From: Catajapyx aquilonaris
Taxonomy: Eukaryota
DNA: 57,085 bases
Assembly (NCBI GenBank): GCA_000934665.2
Contig: JYFJ02002463.1
Span: 1-57,085, forward strand
Direction: 5' to 3'
In this document: in pieces, positions 13,304-25,945 of the stretch
How positions within the stretch are numbered: position 1 is the first letter of the stretch
Layout: every line of letters begins with the position of its first letter
The notes under the pieces: model-generated
The model's database searches: none
Seen by the model: only the letters and a program-made list of their open reading frames with translations
What the model was told of the DNA's origin: nothing
Translations under genes and position numbers: made by a program

Positions 13304-16300
13304 ATGGGTTCAGCCATGCCTCGCACCAAGACTGTCCACCTGTACATACTCGGCTTCTGCGTGGGTGTCTGCATGTACCTGGTCACAGACCCACTCATAG
13401 AGCAGTGCGCATCCTCCGCAAGCACTGAAGACAGCAATGCCATGAGCACTGAGCAAGTCCTGACTGACCCTACCACTACGGCCAGGGATGCAATGAGGTA
13501 CAACCTTGCACCTGAGCAGGCAAAGGTCAGCGGAGGTAACAATAAGCCTCGCAACCTGATCCGGCCCAGGTATTTCGCCACCGAGCTTGGGATTAAGGAG
13601 AAGTTGCTGGTGGTTGTATTGTCCACGCCGCAGACTGTGGGCACGCTGGCCGTTGCTTTGAACAGAACTTTGACGCAACATGGCCAGAAGGTTGTATACT
13701 TTGTGGATGACGTGGGGCATGGGAATAGACTCCCTGTGTCCATGCCGGGGATTGTTGCCTTTGTGGATAAAGTGGCGGCATTAAGAACCTCGCACGTGCT
13801 CAAGTACGTGGCCACCAAGTATGCAGATGAATATGATTTCTTTTTCGTGACCAGAGACACCACATATGTGCAAATTAGGACACTGCTGAACCTGGTGAAA
13901 AGGGTCAGTGCGAGTGAGGATGTGTATATGGGTGTGCCAGCAAAGGAGAATCACAAATTTTGCTCATTAGGTATGATAATACATAGAGCTTGAATTCAAA
14001 TTTTTGTGAAATTGTTCAATCCGCAGGTGACGGTTCCAAATGAGATGGGTTTTACGAGGCTGATACTTGAAATAATTTATTTACATGACTTTCAAACTTC
14101 TAATTTGTGGGCATTGGGAAAACTGAACGTGCTACTCTAGTTGGTCCAATTCATGTATGAATTACATAAAATAAGACTGATCAGCATTCATAAGTCAAAT
14201 AAGCATCTTTCACTTGAATATTTCAGAGCTTGGTCCCATTTAGATTCCAGCAATACAAGTTCCACTGTAATTGTATGCGTTTTTTCCTAGATGGAGGTGT
14301 TTTGCTGAGTAATTCAGTCTTGAAAAAGGTGTCAATGAGGCTTGATTGGTGTGCGCGAAACAGTAACAGTGACAATGATGACATCAATCTCGGTAGCTGC
14401 GTTTCATATGCTACTGACTTACACTGCCAGCGCTCTGTAAAAGTAAGTGAATTGCGTGGAAGGACACCATCAGGCAGAAAGTGACAATGGTCTTTTGCAG
14501 GAGCAGAAGTTTAATGCACTTCAGCTAGAGCCCAAGTCCACCAGTTCAGAATCCTTCTGGAAGTCTGCTCTGAATTACGACCTCACAAATGTCATCACTG
14601 TTTCTCCAATTGAGGACCCTGCCAGCTTTTATAGTTTGCACATCATATTTGCACAGGTATGCTGTCGAATTAGAAAAAGCGCTCGACAGAATATGTAAAG
14701 TACTGCACTATTCATTAATTTCCCTGCATTTGTTTCAGGAGGAACTGAAGGCAATACACATGCAGCTCTCAGCTTTACAGTCATCAATAACCAACATGTC
14801 ACATCTAACTCCAGAAAGCCAGTCGGAAGTCACGTGGCCAGTTGGAAGCAACCGTTTTCACAAGGCCACAAAACGATTTGACGTACCCAAGTGGAACTAC
14901 TTCAATGAAACTCACATATTTTCAGACAATGACTTCAATAGTATCACAACTTTGCAAGGGATAGACAAGCTGGATATAACAGTACAGTTATTTTACATCC
15001 TGATGGCCTTGCATAATTGCCCAACAGGGTAGGCAAATTCTGGGATGAGGGCAGCCACCCATTTAGGCAATACTGTGCAAGACCATCAAACTCTTTACAT
15101 TTTTATTTGGCAAAAATACTTATTTTGGGTAACACGTCTTCACAGGATGTGATTAGGCACTGTTTGCATTATGTTCAGGAAGAGCATCATGAACGAATTG
15201 AAGAAGTGAGTGTTATTAATGGTTACCGAAAGTTTGATCCCACAAGAGGAATGGATTACATTGTTGACATTGCTATTCATGATCCAACAGGGCAGTATGT
15301 ACAAGAAAGGTGGGTCGGGAAAGTTTGATTTCATTTCATATTTTAAAACCTATTGATATTGTTGTTGTTCAATAACTAATCTCTATTCTCTCTCTTCCCA
15401 GACTGGAGTTGTCACGACCACTGAGCAAAGTAGAAGTGGTACCAATGCCATACGTCACTGAGAATACACGCATCAACATGATCCTCCCCACACGAGCCTC
15501 AGAGATGTCTTCAGCACAGTCCTTCATAGCTCAGTATGTGAAAGTGTGCATGGAGCTCCATGGAAACACATTTCTCATGCTGCTCCTGCTGTACGACATA
15601 CCTGAGAGCGATCCAGATCCATTTCAGCAACTGAAGAAGCTAGCTTTGGATCACAGCATTAAGTATAAGCGAGAGAGCATGAAGATAGGATGGACGTCCA
15701 GGCCTTCAACGTCAACTCTGACAGCCATAGATTCAGTGGTGAAGAAGTTCCCACCTGATTCACTCATATTGTTGTGCAGACCTGAAATGCATTTGCATGA
15801 TGACTATCTGAACAGGGTCAGAATGAATACAATCAAGGATTGGCAGGTGTTCAGCCCTGTGCCCTTTGCTAAATACTCTCCAGATGTGGCAATGGTGGAT
15901 GAAACTCAAGGACACGTCAGCCGCAGTGGAGGCCACTTTGACACCTATAATTATGATCACCTCAGTTTCTATGCAGCTGACTACCTAAGAGGTAAACTCT
16001 TTTAATTTGACTGAAATCGGTTGCTAACTAAATTATAAACTGGTTCCGTGCAGCTAAGAAGATGGCACAGGTTGCTGGAGTCAACATATTGCAGGCATAC
16101 AATGGCGAGTCTAATGACAAGGAAATTTACGACGTGTTTTTAGAAGCGAAGGACATCCACATCATGAGAGCCGTGGAACCTCGACTGCTACTTGATTATC
16201 ATCCAGTTGACTGTTACAAAAAGAGTGCAAATTGTGGATTACAAAAGTCAGGCAGTTTGGGAACTCGAGCCCAACTTGCCGCCCTAATTCTAGATTACAA

Positions 16301-16313
16301 GAAAGAGTCCTAA
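13304..16313 (+). CDS. CHPF: Chondroitin sulfate synthase 2 / chondroitin polymerizing factor
   Basis: Exons 13304-13970, 14291-14442, 14501-14656, 14739-14981, 15146-15309, 15402-15991, 16054-16313. N-terminal TM anchor, LIRPRYFATELGIKEKL, GYRKFDPTRGMDY, RPLSKVEVVPMPYVTE, LNRVRMNTIKDWQVFSPVPF, SLGTRAQLAALI. Confidence 0.93.
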
Positions 16314-16715
16314 TAGTGGTGTAATATCTAAATTAGTGGGTCATGACTCAAAGTTTGTGCCACATGGTTTGCCAGTGAAGGCACCACAAGCTTTACAATA
16401 CTGTAGAATCTCAACATGGCACTGATCCTGAAGAACTTTCTTTGTAATACACTATAATGTTGATTACATGAATTAGCAATGGAAATCTGACACTGAAAGA
16501 ACCAGTTTAGATATTCAAAGTTAATGCCTGTTGACTGCCTATATGGCAGCAATTTCTGTAGCAATACTGCAAGGTCACATGTCTTCCAAAAGTCTCAGCT
16601 ATGCATGTCCATTAGCAGGAGTAAATTAGTGCCAACATTTCTACCAACAGTGCCTGAAAAAATAAATCCTTGATATTCATATAAGAAACCTTGATTATTG
16701 AGCAAAAAGGAAAGC

Positions 16716-16740
16716 AATAAACTTTTATTCAAAGAATAAA
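16716..16740. terminator. Interleaved poly(A) signals of convergent CHPF (+) and EAF (-)
   Basis: AATAAA on + at 16716 and 16735; AATAAA on - (TTTATT) at 16724-16729. Confidence 0.45.
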
Positions 16741-17402
16741 CTGTCACTAATAAACGAGCCTGTACAAACGCACAAGTTTCCTGAACAGGTCATCATCTGG
16801 CCATATAAACTAGGTGTAAAGAAATGCTGGTAAAATAAGAGCACATTTTTATATCTTTTTCTTGGAACAATAATAAGAATAAGCACATATTTAATTACTT
16901 TCATATTTTAAACATGAAAAACAATTAACACTGAATAATAAATCAATTTTAAACTTCATCGAGTTCCAGAGTAAACACATCACATGTGTAATGAAACTTG
17001 AGGGATTTGAAATCACAACAATGAAAATTTTGAATGGGAAAATATGCGGGAAATCTTAACACAAAAATGTGAACAGTTGAAAGAAACTTTCATAACTTCA
17101 CGAACCATCATTTCGGAAAACCTGAGACTTCCCAACACACACAATTAAATTTTCATCCCATTTACGAACATGTAAACAAATAATCAACACCACCAAGTGT
17201 CTCAGATTCTTTACCCAAAGATCACAACACCATTAATAATGCAATGTCCCACTTGCTGTTTTCAAGTGAGATGTGCAGTGTTTACGTACCATATATAGGT
17301 TCTCTTTCACTCTTTTTTTTTGTTTCTTTTTTGCTGCAGGGATGGGGAGCTGTCCAAACACAAAAAGGCACGGGACAAAAAAAATATATACCTTCATATT
17401 CA

Positions 17403-20400
17403 TCAGTCACTTTCCGATCCAGTTTCCGAAAGCTGCAAGTCTTCACTGAGTAAGTGAGTTGGCATCGACAATGGGGCCTGAGACAAGTTAGCACCATTCA
17501 CAGGCCCTGAGAAACCTGAAAACAATTCAAATGGTCAATCACTGACACTGCTCAATACTAATTCCACATCTGAACTAATCAACACATTTTAAAACACTAT
17601 TGCACAAAACCATAACGGTATTTCTGTCATGCACTAGTCTACCACTGATCAACGTGAAAGAGGCAGTGGAGTAGCAAAATCAAGGTTTTCCTTTCTAGTT
17701 CAAAAAGCATAGAACACTTGCTATAAATACTGTTCCACAGGTTTCTATGTGAGGAGAAAATGTCCCACAATACAAGTGTCAGGAATTGTCTTACCTCGTC
17801 CATTCTCCTTCACCGAACTCTCCTCCATATCTGAGTCACTGTCACTTCCACTTGAAGCACTGCTTGAATCACTATCACTTGATGATTCAGACAGAATTCC
17901 AATAGGGGGTGCTTCCTGTCATTCAGAAACAATGCAACAGTTAAATATGCATGCAATTTGGGTAAACTTAAACCACCTTGTACAAAGTCAAATCTAGATT
18001 CAATGAAGTAAGAAGTTAGGCCAAGGAAGCCATAAGCTCAGAGTTTAAATCCTGCCCCTAGTGCCTTTTGCTTGAATGGGTCTTTTTCTGCTTTTCTACC
18101 AACATGTCCAGGCCAACATGCATTTCCACCTATGCCCAAGGCCACATGAAAAGGTTGAGTAATTTAAGATGGTCCAAAACAACAAATTTGGCTCATTAGT
18201 GCTTTCCTTGGGTATCTTCGCTTCTGTTTCACAGATGCATCTAAGCCAGATGATTACAAGTTCTAGCAATTTCTTGATGAAGAATGAAAAAATGACCTTG
18301 ACATATTCTTTATCTAAGTCACTAAGTCTCTTGGTATAATAATCTATTTCATGTAATGCAGGGGATTTAAGAACCATAAATTGAATAAGTGTTCATGATA
18401 ACACAGGAAAACATTGTCATGTAACCAAAAAAAGTTGATAAGGATTCACTTGGGGATTATTCTCTTTTACAGAATGTACAGAGCATTGTCCTACAAATTG
18501 ATAGAAATCAATGCTTCTGTCAGGCACTACATAATTTACATTCTTCCTCACCTCAGACGTGGGGCTAGCTCCCCCGACAATGGGCATACTTCCAGGCACT
18601 CCATGAGGCGACACCTGCCTGTTGTTGCTGGCTGGGCTGTGGCTGTTGGCCCCATGGATGGGGGACAGAGATTGGTACGCTGGTGATACCTGGTGGTTGC
18701 TCCCCCCGCTATTACCACTCCCAGGGGACTTGTGCACGGGTGAGGCTTCCAGAGGGGAGTGTCTCGGGAGGAGGAGTGGGGACGGGGGCAGTCGGGACAT
18801 TGGCAGTGGACTAAGCTTGGCAGACATTGGGGGAGACGGTTTCTTGGACACTCCTCCACCATTGGCACCACTGCTGCTGCTGGCACCACTGCCCTCCACC
18901 GGGGTCATTGGACGGGCAGCTCGGCTACCACTCTCCATCCTGTAAAGAAAGGGGTTGTTGTTGGTACTGCCTGCTCAATATATCCCCCCACAATCTCTTC
19001 CCGTGATTATCATTATGTCCGTTTGCATTGACCTTTCCATATAACGGACTAGATGATAATTGAAGCTTAAGCTGATGTACAGAAAAATAATTATGTAATC
19101 AAGGAGAGCATCTGGATCTCATCTATTACTTTCATAAAATTAATGACAACTGTGCAACATTTGAGAAGTTCTGGACTATTTATTTATTTATTTATTTTAT
19201 TTAGTTACCCCATTTCAGGGCAGGGCCCTCTTGGGGGGACAGTTCTGGACTAGTTTGGTTTATTGATGGAGAGCTATGGCAACTTATGTCATGAGAAATG
19301 CAACAGGTGAAGACAAAATGTTGCTGTGGGTGGGTTTGAATGAAGGGAATACAAAACTAACGAACCTGTATAAATATGGTATGGCAGGCCTACTAACAGC
19401 CTGCACTTCCTCCTAAGCACAACTTGGGAAATGTCTCTCCCATTGAAAGCATAACATGAACCCTATGCTCGCTCCACAAGTAATGATACATTACCTTCCA
19501 GGCCTTGTAATCAGTGAAGGCAAATAATGTGTGACTTGCCTGGTTTTCTTGACTTGTACGTTGTTACTGAGTTTCTCAAGAATAATCTCCCCAGTGTTGT
19601 GGTCGATGATGAGGACACATTCCTTTTGGTAAGGCTTGCGGTTGCCTCGGAACACAGTCTGGCTAGTCCCAGCTCCATCCAGATGCGGGACTGTCACAGT
19701 CACTTCATTGTTCTGTCCTATGTCAAGGGTCGCCATCTTGCTCGTATCCACACTGGCAGGTTTAAAGTCATCTGTAATGTTTCAAACCATACACAGTAGT
19801 TAACATCGGCTAATTTTTCTCTACCTATAGATTAGTATCTAATACTGGGGTACTAACTAAGATTAACAAGGAGTTATTGTTTTCTCCTTACACTTACATG
19901 AATGTTAGCAACTTAGAAGAGGCATAGCAATACAATCAAAACCTGCAAAAATTATTTATTTACTGTTTAATAAGTCCAAAGAAGGTGAAAAATGCTTATC
20001 CAGGCTAGCTACATGTAACTAAGATATATAAGCTGGAATTAGCAACTAATTATTATATTCAGTATTCAGTTCATATACTCAAGCCATGTCATGTTATGGT
20101 TAGTCGTCCTACCTTGGTCTTAACTTTGAAGCAACAGGTTTCCCTATATGTGACATTTCACTGCTCAATGCCACATAACTGTATCCTTCATGATGTCACA
20201 AAGAGCATAAGTGTCGACAGTTAACAATATGAACTAAAGGCCTCGGTAGATCTCTTAGGTATTTGATGAACAGCAATCTACACTTAACGCTTTATAAGAA
20301 TACAAGTGGCATAGAGTCAGATCAAAGAGGAAAATGCTTCACATCTTGAGGCACACAATTCAAATGATGTTTTATGCCCACTTTTAGTTAAGAATTAGAA

Positions 20401-21086
20401 GACAGGATGGGTGTGGGGTCAGATATGCTTAGCAATTTTGAAGCTTCTGTTATTAGTTATAGTGCCATACTTTCAAATTACTTTGAAATGCAATTTACCC
20501 ACATAATAATGCCCTTCATTAACGTTCATTATTTTGAGTCAATTTTTTTGTACACACTTTCTATTTTACAGCATGTTCTTTTTCTGCCTAAGAGGGTTAC
20601 CAGAAAAACTGACACTCGGACAAAACCAAACAGGGCACAAGTGGAAAGTAATGCAATTTAAAAATATCTACTGCCGCTACACGGCAATAAATATTACTGA
20701 ACATATTAACCATGTTCGTTCTAATCAGTATTCTAGGCTCGGTTCTCTGAGGTTGTGCATGGCACAAGTACTGGTCTCTAACAAGTTTACAGCAGCAAAA
20801 CGGATTCCTCCGATTGCAAGTTAAACCAAGTATTGTCCTCGATGGTGATAACCTGTTCCTGTGACCTCCACTCACATCGGATGGTGTGAAAGGCAGTCCC
20901 CCTGTTGCTGAAGCTGGGCCCGAGCTTGAGCACGGTCTCCCTGGACCCGAGCCCCAGCCGGGCAGCGACGGTGTCTCCTCCTCCTCCTCCTCCGCCTGCC
21001 CCCCCATGGTGGTGGTGGTGCACCCCGTTGACCTGGCCCCTGTGGTTAGGTGCTCCTCCAGCTGCCATCCCATCACCCACTGGCAT
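17403..21086 (-). CDS. EAF: ELL-associated factor
   Basis: Exons 21086-20876, 19771-19540, 18939-18552, 17915-17795, 17515-17403. [63 protein letters not shown], Ser/Asp-rich block, C-terminal [13 protein letters not shown]. Start codon uncertain (21086 or 21068). Confidence 0.92.
19179..19240 (-). mobile_element. 5'-truncated non-LTR (SINE/LINE 3' end) insertion with (TAAA)n tail
   Basis: 62-bp insert flanked by a perfect 12-bp direct repeat AGTTCTGGACTA (19167-19178 and 19241-19252); TTTA repeats abut the left copy. Confidence 0.75.
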
Positions 21087-21894
21087 ATCACCCGGGTGCT
21101 CACTCACCCAGTGGCCCCTCTACCCCCAGAGCACTCCAACAGCTGTTGACTCTATTTTGTGGTCCACACCACCACATAAAAAAAAAGGCAGGGGTCCTCA
21201 CCTGATGTGCCACGAAAGCAAATATCCCCCTTCCCCCACAGCCTCTCTTCAGGGGTAACAACAACAAAAAAGGGGGAAGACGGATTCGAATATTATTATA
21301 TGTAGAGGCCTGGGTGGCTACTCCGCCGAAAAATTTCACATTCCTGACCTAAATCCCCACAATGGTCGGTCCCTCCACTCCTCCCCCTCCTCCTCGTTTT
21401 TTTTTTTTTGTTTTGTTTTTAAAGGGGCACCACACCCCGTCTGCTGCTGCCGCCCTCCCTCCCTTCACTTCGTCCGAGCAGCTGCACTGCCCAATGCCCA
21501 GCAGTATTCGGCACCCCCCACCAGCTCGCAAACCCCCCCAAGCAAAAGTCTTGTACGAAGAGCAATCCCTTGCCACCCCACTCCCCCTTCCTCCCCAGCA
21601 ATGCCCCAGCAGCTCCCCTCCTCACCATGCAAGGAACCTTCGGGACAAGTACACGAGTCTGCACGAGCAGATTTTTTGACGAAAGCGGAAAGGTGACTGC
21701 TAATTGGCTGGGGCGGAGGTCCGGGACGCGAATGTGGCAACGTCGGGACGGGAAAGGAATCACGTCTGGCAACGCTGGGGAAAAATGGCAATTTAAAAAT
21801 GGCTGAGGACATGATGGCGGACATTTTGAATCCACCGCAATACTGTGAGGGTAGGGCTCGGTAGGGCTCTTTTAACTTCGTAGAAAAGCGATAA

Positions 21895-22192
21895 ATTAAA
21901 CCAAATAAATATCCAATAAATAATATATATTAATAACTAATAACAAATAATATCTATTAATAACTAATAACAAATAACATTATTAATAACTAATAACAAA
22001 TAATATCTATTAATAACTCATAATAAATATATATTAATAACCAATACTTACCAACTTATAAATACATACCAATAACTAATAATAAATACATAATGATACT
22101 AATAATAATAAATACATAATACTAATAACTAATAATAAATACATAATACTAATAACTAATAATAAATACATAATACTAATAAATAATATAAA
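21895..22192. repeat. AT-rich degenerate tandem array (TAATAACTAATAACAAA / AATAAATACATAATACT units)
   Basis: About 300 bp almost devoid of G on the + strand, with recurring 17-26 bp units. Confidence 0.8.
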
Positions 22193-22600
22193 TTGTATCA
22201 CAATCAATCATTGCATTTTCCAGCAATGACCAGGTACTGTACGTTCACCTGGGAATCTCGTATGACCAGTACTATGAAAGTATGAATCCTCTGGTGAATG
22301 GTCAGGCCACGCAGAAAAAATAACAAATAAAAAATGAATGAATGAATGAACTAAAGTTCATTAAACTAAAGAACAATCTGACGTCACGTTCAGCCCCACC
22401 CCTATCTGGCTCTTATTCCCTCCTCTCATCTCATGTCCCCGAATCGCTCTGGAACCATACTGCTTCACATGCTCAGAAAACACGGCTGGTGTGATGTCAG
22501 ATCCTTCTTTAGCTTTAAGGACTGTATAAGCCATAACTTCTAAGTTGGTGTAATAGTGTTGGTGCAAACTTTATTTCCTACAAATACATAATTATCACCT

Positions 22601-23714
22601 TCAACATTCCTGCCGGAATTCCCGCCATACTTTCAACCTGGCTTCAGCGTATTCTCTTCTGAGGGTCAGGGGAACGTGCTTCTGCCGGATTAAACTTGAT
22701 TGGTTTCCCATCGCTGTGTACAGATTGGGATCGCCGGCTAGGTCTCTGAGTGCGATGTTCCTTTGCAGGAGGCGGCTGTAGAACTCAATGCCGCCCCTTG
22801 TGTAGCTGGGTCCAAGATCGCAGGTCTCCCTGTCTGCTGCATTCTCATACATTTGGGTGGTCTTGTCTCTCAGTGCACACCAGAGGCCAAACCCAAATAT
22901 GTACACAATACTGTACACTAAGCTTCGGAAACCAAGAGGTTTTGCAAATGCATTGAAGTATCTGTTCAAGTGAAAAGTGGAAGCATACACTCCCAAGATG
23001 CAGCCTGGAGTGTAGAAGCTTTGAAAGTGGAACATCAGTGATTTAGCCATGCAAAGTTCACGTGCAATTACAAATTTCTGAGCCTCGTTGCTTAGGACCA
23101 AGGACCGTTGGAACACAGCCCCTTCATCGCTGTCCCATGGAACGGGCTTGTTGAATGCCTAAGGAGACAATAAATAATTTAACACAATAATATTTTGTTT
23201 TAATTATTATCAATCTATACTTTTAATGAATAAAATCTTTAGTGTAAAGTGGCAAACCGAAGCATAAAACACTCACAATAATTTCCCTTCTCTCAACGTC
23301 TTGGATGTTGTCATAACTAAAACTATGTGGCAGCCCAATCGTCACTCCGGTCTTCAGCTGCAAGGTCCCAATGCTGTACACATCAAAGCCGTACACAGTG
23401 AAGAACTTGGTCATTCTCTTCTGCAGGTTTGTCAACTTCAGGTCGTCCATAACCTGTTCTGCAAGCAGCTCCACCTTCTCAGCAACAGGAACCGGCACCC
23501 CATACCTGCAATTGCACTACTTTTAATTAACTGCCCTATGCAACTCCAGCTAACGACTGGCGTACTTGTAAAGCTGTATGTATTCTTGTGTCTTATTCTT
23601 CAAGTATGACTGTGGTGCTAGGTAGGCCGTGTACGACAAGCAGGCGGCCGCCGCTGACCCTAAAGCCACGGCCCTTCTTCCGGCATCTGTAGCGAACCAT
23701 TTCACACGCGACAT
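22601..23714 (-). CDS. TMEM177: Transmembrane protein 177 (mitochondrial)
   Basis: Exons 23714-23566, 23505-23277, 23158-22601, in phase. MSRVKWFATDAGRR..., FTVYGFDVYSIG..IGLPHSFSY, LVLSNEAQKFVIAREL, GGIEFYSRLLQRNIALR, YTAMGN..RQKHVPLTLR. Confidence 0.88.
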
Positions 23715-23996
23715 GCTCACTTTTCCTATCCAATCTCACAAGCTGGAGGCTGCCATCTTCATCAAGTTTGCCAGATGACAACCTTCACCTCTGCTTCACC
23801 TGGCTGCACTGCCACACAAAGATTATGATCTCTGTTAATATTAAAATAAATAACATATTATTAACCTGCAAGTACTTGTAAAATGCTACACTTGAAATTG
23901 TACAGAGCTGGGCGTATCAATCCGCATGAGATGTAGCTCAATGTCGGTAGAGTATTGAGCAGTAATCTTCAGTAATTTGCAGAGAGTAATTAAAAA
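23715..23996. promoter_or_regulatory. Bidirectional promoter (TMEM177 / COMMD3)
   Basis: Start codons 283 bp apart, head to head; GCCATCTT at 23752. Confidence 0.65.
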
Positions 23997-24834
23997 ATGG
24001 ATCTCTCAAGAGAGGTGTCTGATGGCTTGGACCTTTTGGGTGACAAGAACAAGGTGTGCTCCGCCTGTTTTGACAGGATTCTTGACCTGGGGGCAAATGT
24101 TGCCTCTGACGGCAACGATGAAGGTGGGTATGACGTGATGACGCTTATTATGTTGTGTGCGACATGCATAATAATTAACTTGTATTGTGCAGGTACACTG
24201 CAGTGTGAGAGTTGCAACAGCGCAGTTTTGAAGCAGAGTCATGGTGCATTTGCAACGCTAGTTGTTGAGTCATCTCGGCATGATGTGGGATCGACCACTG
24301 CGCAGTCTCTATTAGAGGAGAAGAAATGGAACAATCAGCGGATACAGAAGCTGGGCACGTTGCTAAATAATCGGAAGGCAGAAGTTCAAGCAGCACTTTC
24401 TCAGATTGGGAGGAGTCCATCGAGCATTGTTAATGTTGACTGGAGGCTGGACTATTGCCTGAAGGTTAGGATGGCTATGGTCATTGGGTATTCAAATATT
24501 TAATTTTTTTTAAACATGAAAAAGGCTACAAACTTAAAATATTGTCACAAGCTTGACCGTAATTATGTAACGTAAACGTGGTTGCCTGTAAAAGAGTGTA
24601 AGAGTGTAATTTGTGGATTGCCTCTCAGAGTTCTTTGCTAAACATTTCCTTTTCTGATTTCAGACGAGTAGCATGGACCATGTGAATTCACTCTTTTACC
24701 TTATTGACTTGCATGTGGTGGAGCAGAAAAAGTTAAGGAAGATTCAGTTTGCTTGCACCCTAGAAGAGCTTCAGGACTTGGTTGGGAAGCTGAAGGAAGC
24801 CCTGAAGTCTGTAGAGAGGGTAGCCCAAGCTTGA
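23997..24834 (+). CDS. COMMD3: COMM domain-containing protein 3
   Basis: Exons 23997-24123, 24193-24464, 24664-24834. MDLSREVSDGL..., LKQSHGAFATLVVESSRHD, IVNVDWRLDYCLK, IQFACTLEELQDLVGKLKEALKSVER. Confidence 0.9.
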
Positions 24835-25945
24835 TTCCAATACAGTCATTCCAGATTCACCATTTTCTACTCGAAGAAAAATAAAATTAATCTTCTTGTT
24901 CACGGCAGTCTGTTATTTGACACTAGCAGTAAACCTATTAGCAGCCAATTTCAGCAAGACAAGCAACACAGGAAGACGTGTGAGCACCAAAATGGTCATG
25001 ACAACTTATAGTTTGTGTCATGCTTGTTCACAGACTGGTCAGACATCCTCTAAACCTGCAATGAAATGCCACCTGGTCATGACCTGCTCCCAAAATGTTT
25101 TTCAGCGGAGAATTCATGGCACACTAGGTCAGTATTTTGCTACAATTACTGCTGCTGCCGTGTTAAAAATCTGATGGCAGATTTTGTAAATGTACCAGTG
25201 TTGTGCATATCTTGTTTCACAGTTCAACATCTGTACAGTACAACAATTACTTTCTGGTGCATAATGGTGCATAATGCCACTTTATTAACTCGATTTTTAT
25301 CTTTCATTATTTGTGCATACCGAAGACACATTTTCGGTATCACTTCCTTTTAGGTCCATGTGCGTCTGTGCCGAATACAGTCATTACACCGCGTTGAATT
25401 CGATTAATCAACGTCCAAAATGTATGTACACTGTAATCAACATTTCAAAATTGGCGGGTGATAAATGACAATCGAACCTTTTTATTTAGCAAGAAGTGAA
25501 GGCATTTTGGAGAAATTTTACGTTCAAAATATGCACACTGCTTGCCCTTTTGCAGAAAAGCCATTTAAACCGCCTAATTAATTTATTGGACGTAAAAATT
25601 CCGACGCCAATATGGCAACACCGCTTCTCAAAAAAATGTCGATCGGAAGAAAGATGGCCGCTCCTGATGACGGGAAATGATGTTCGACCAACTTTGGTTT
25701 CGACCTGTTCCTGTTCTCCTCGGTTAAACCACTAGATTTTTGCACGTACTGAATTTGGCAGTGTGAGTTTTCCAGATGACCTTGCAGATTTTTATGACAG
25801 CTTAGTGGAACGTAATGATAAAAAGTATGACTCATAGATGTAGTTCGAAGATGTATAATAATTGTCATAATTTTATTACAAAAGTACTGCATGTATGCTT
25901 TCAGTTTTATAGTGTTGAAGGTACCAGCGAAACAGAGCAAGAAGG

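Noticed and set aside
21100..21835. Several overlapping G/P-rich ORFs
   Set aside because: GC-rich EAF promoter/leader sequence with no recognisable protein.
23593..23781. ORF-track peptide MSSGKLDEDG as TMEM177 exon 1
   Set aside because: Wrong frame; the frame from ATG 23714 splices in phase to exon 2.
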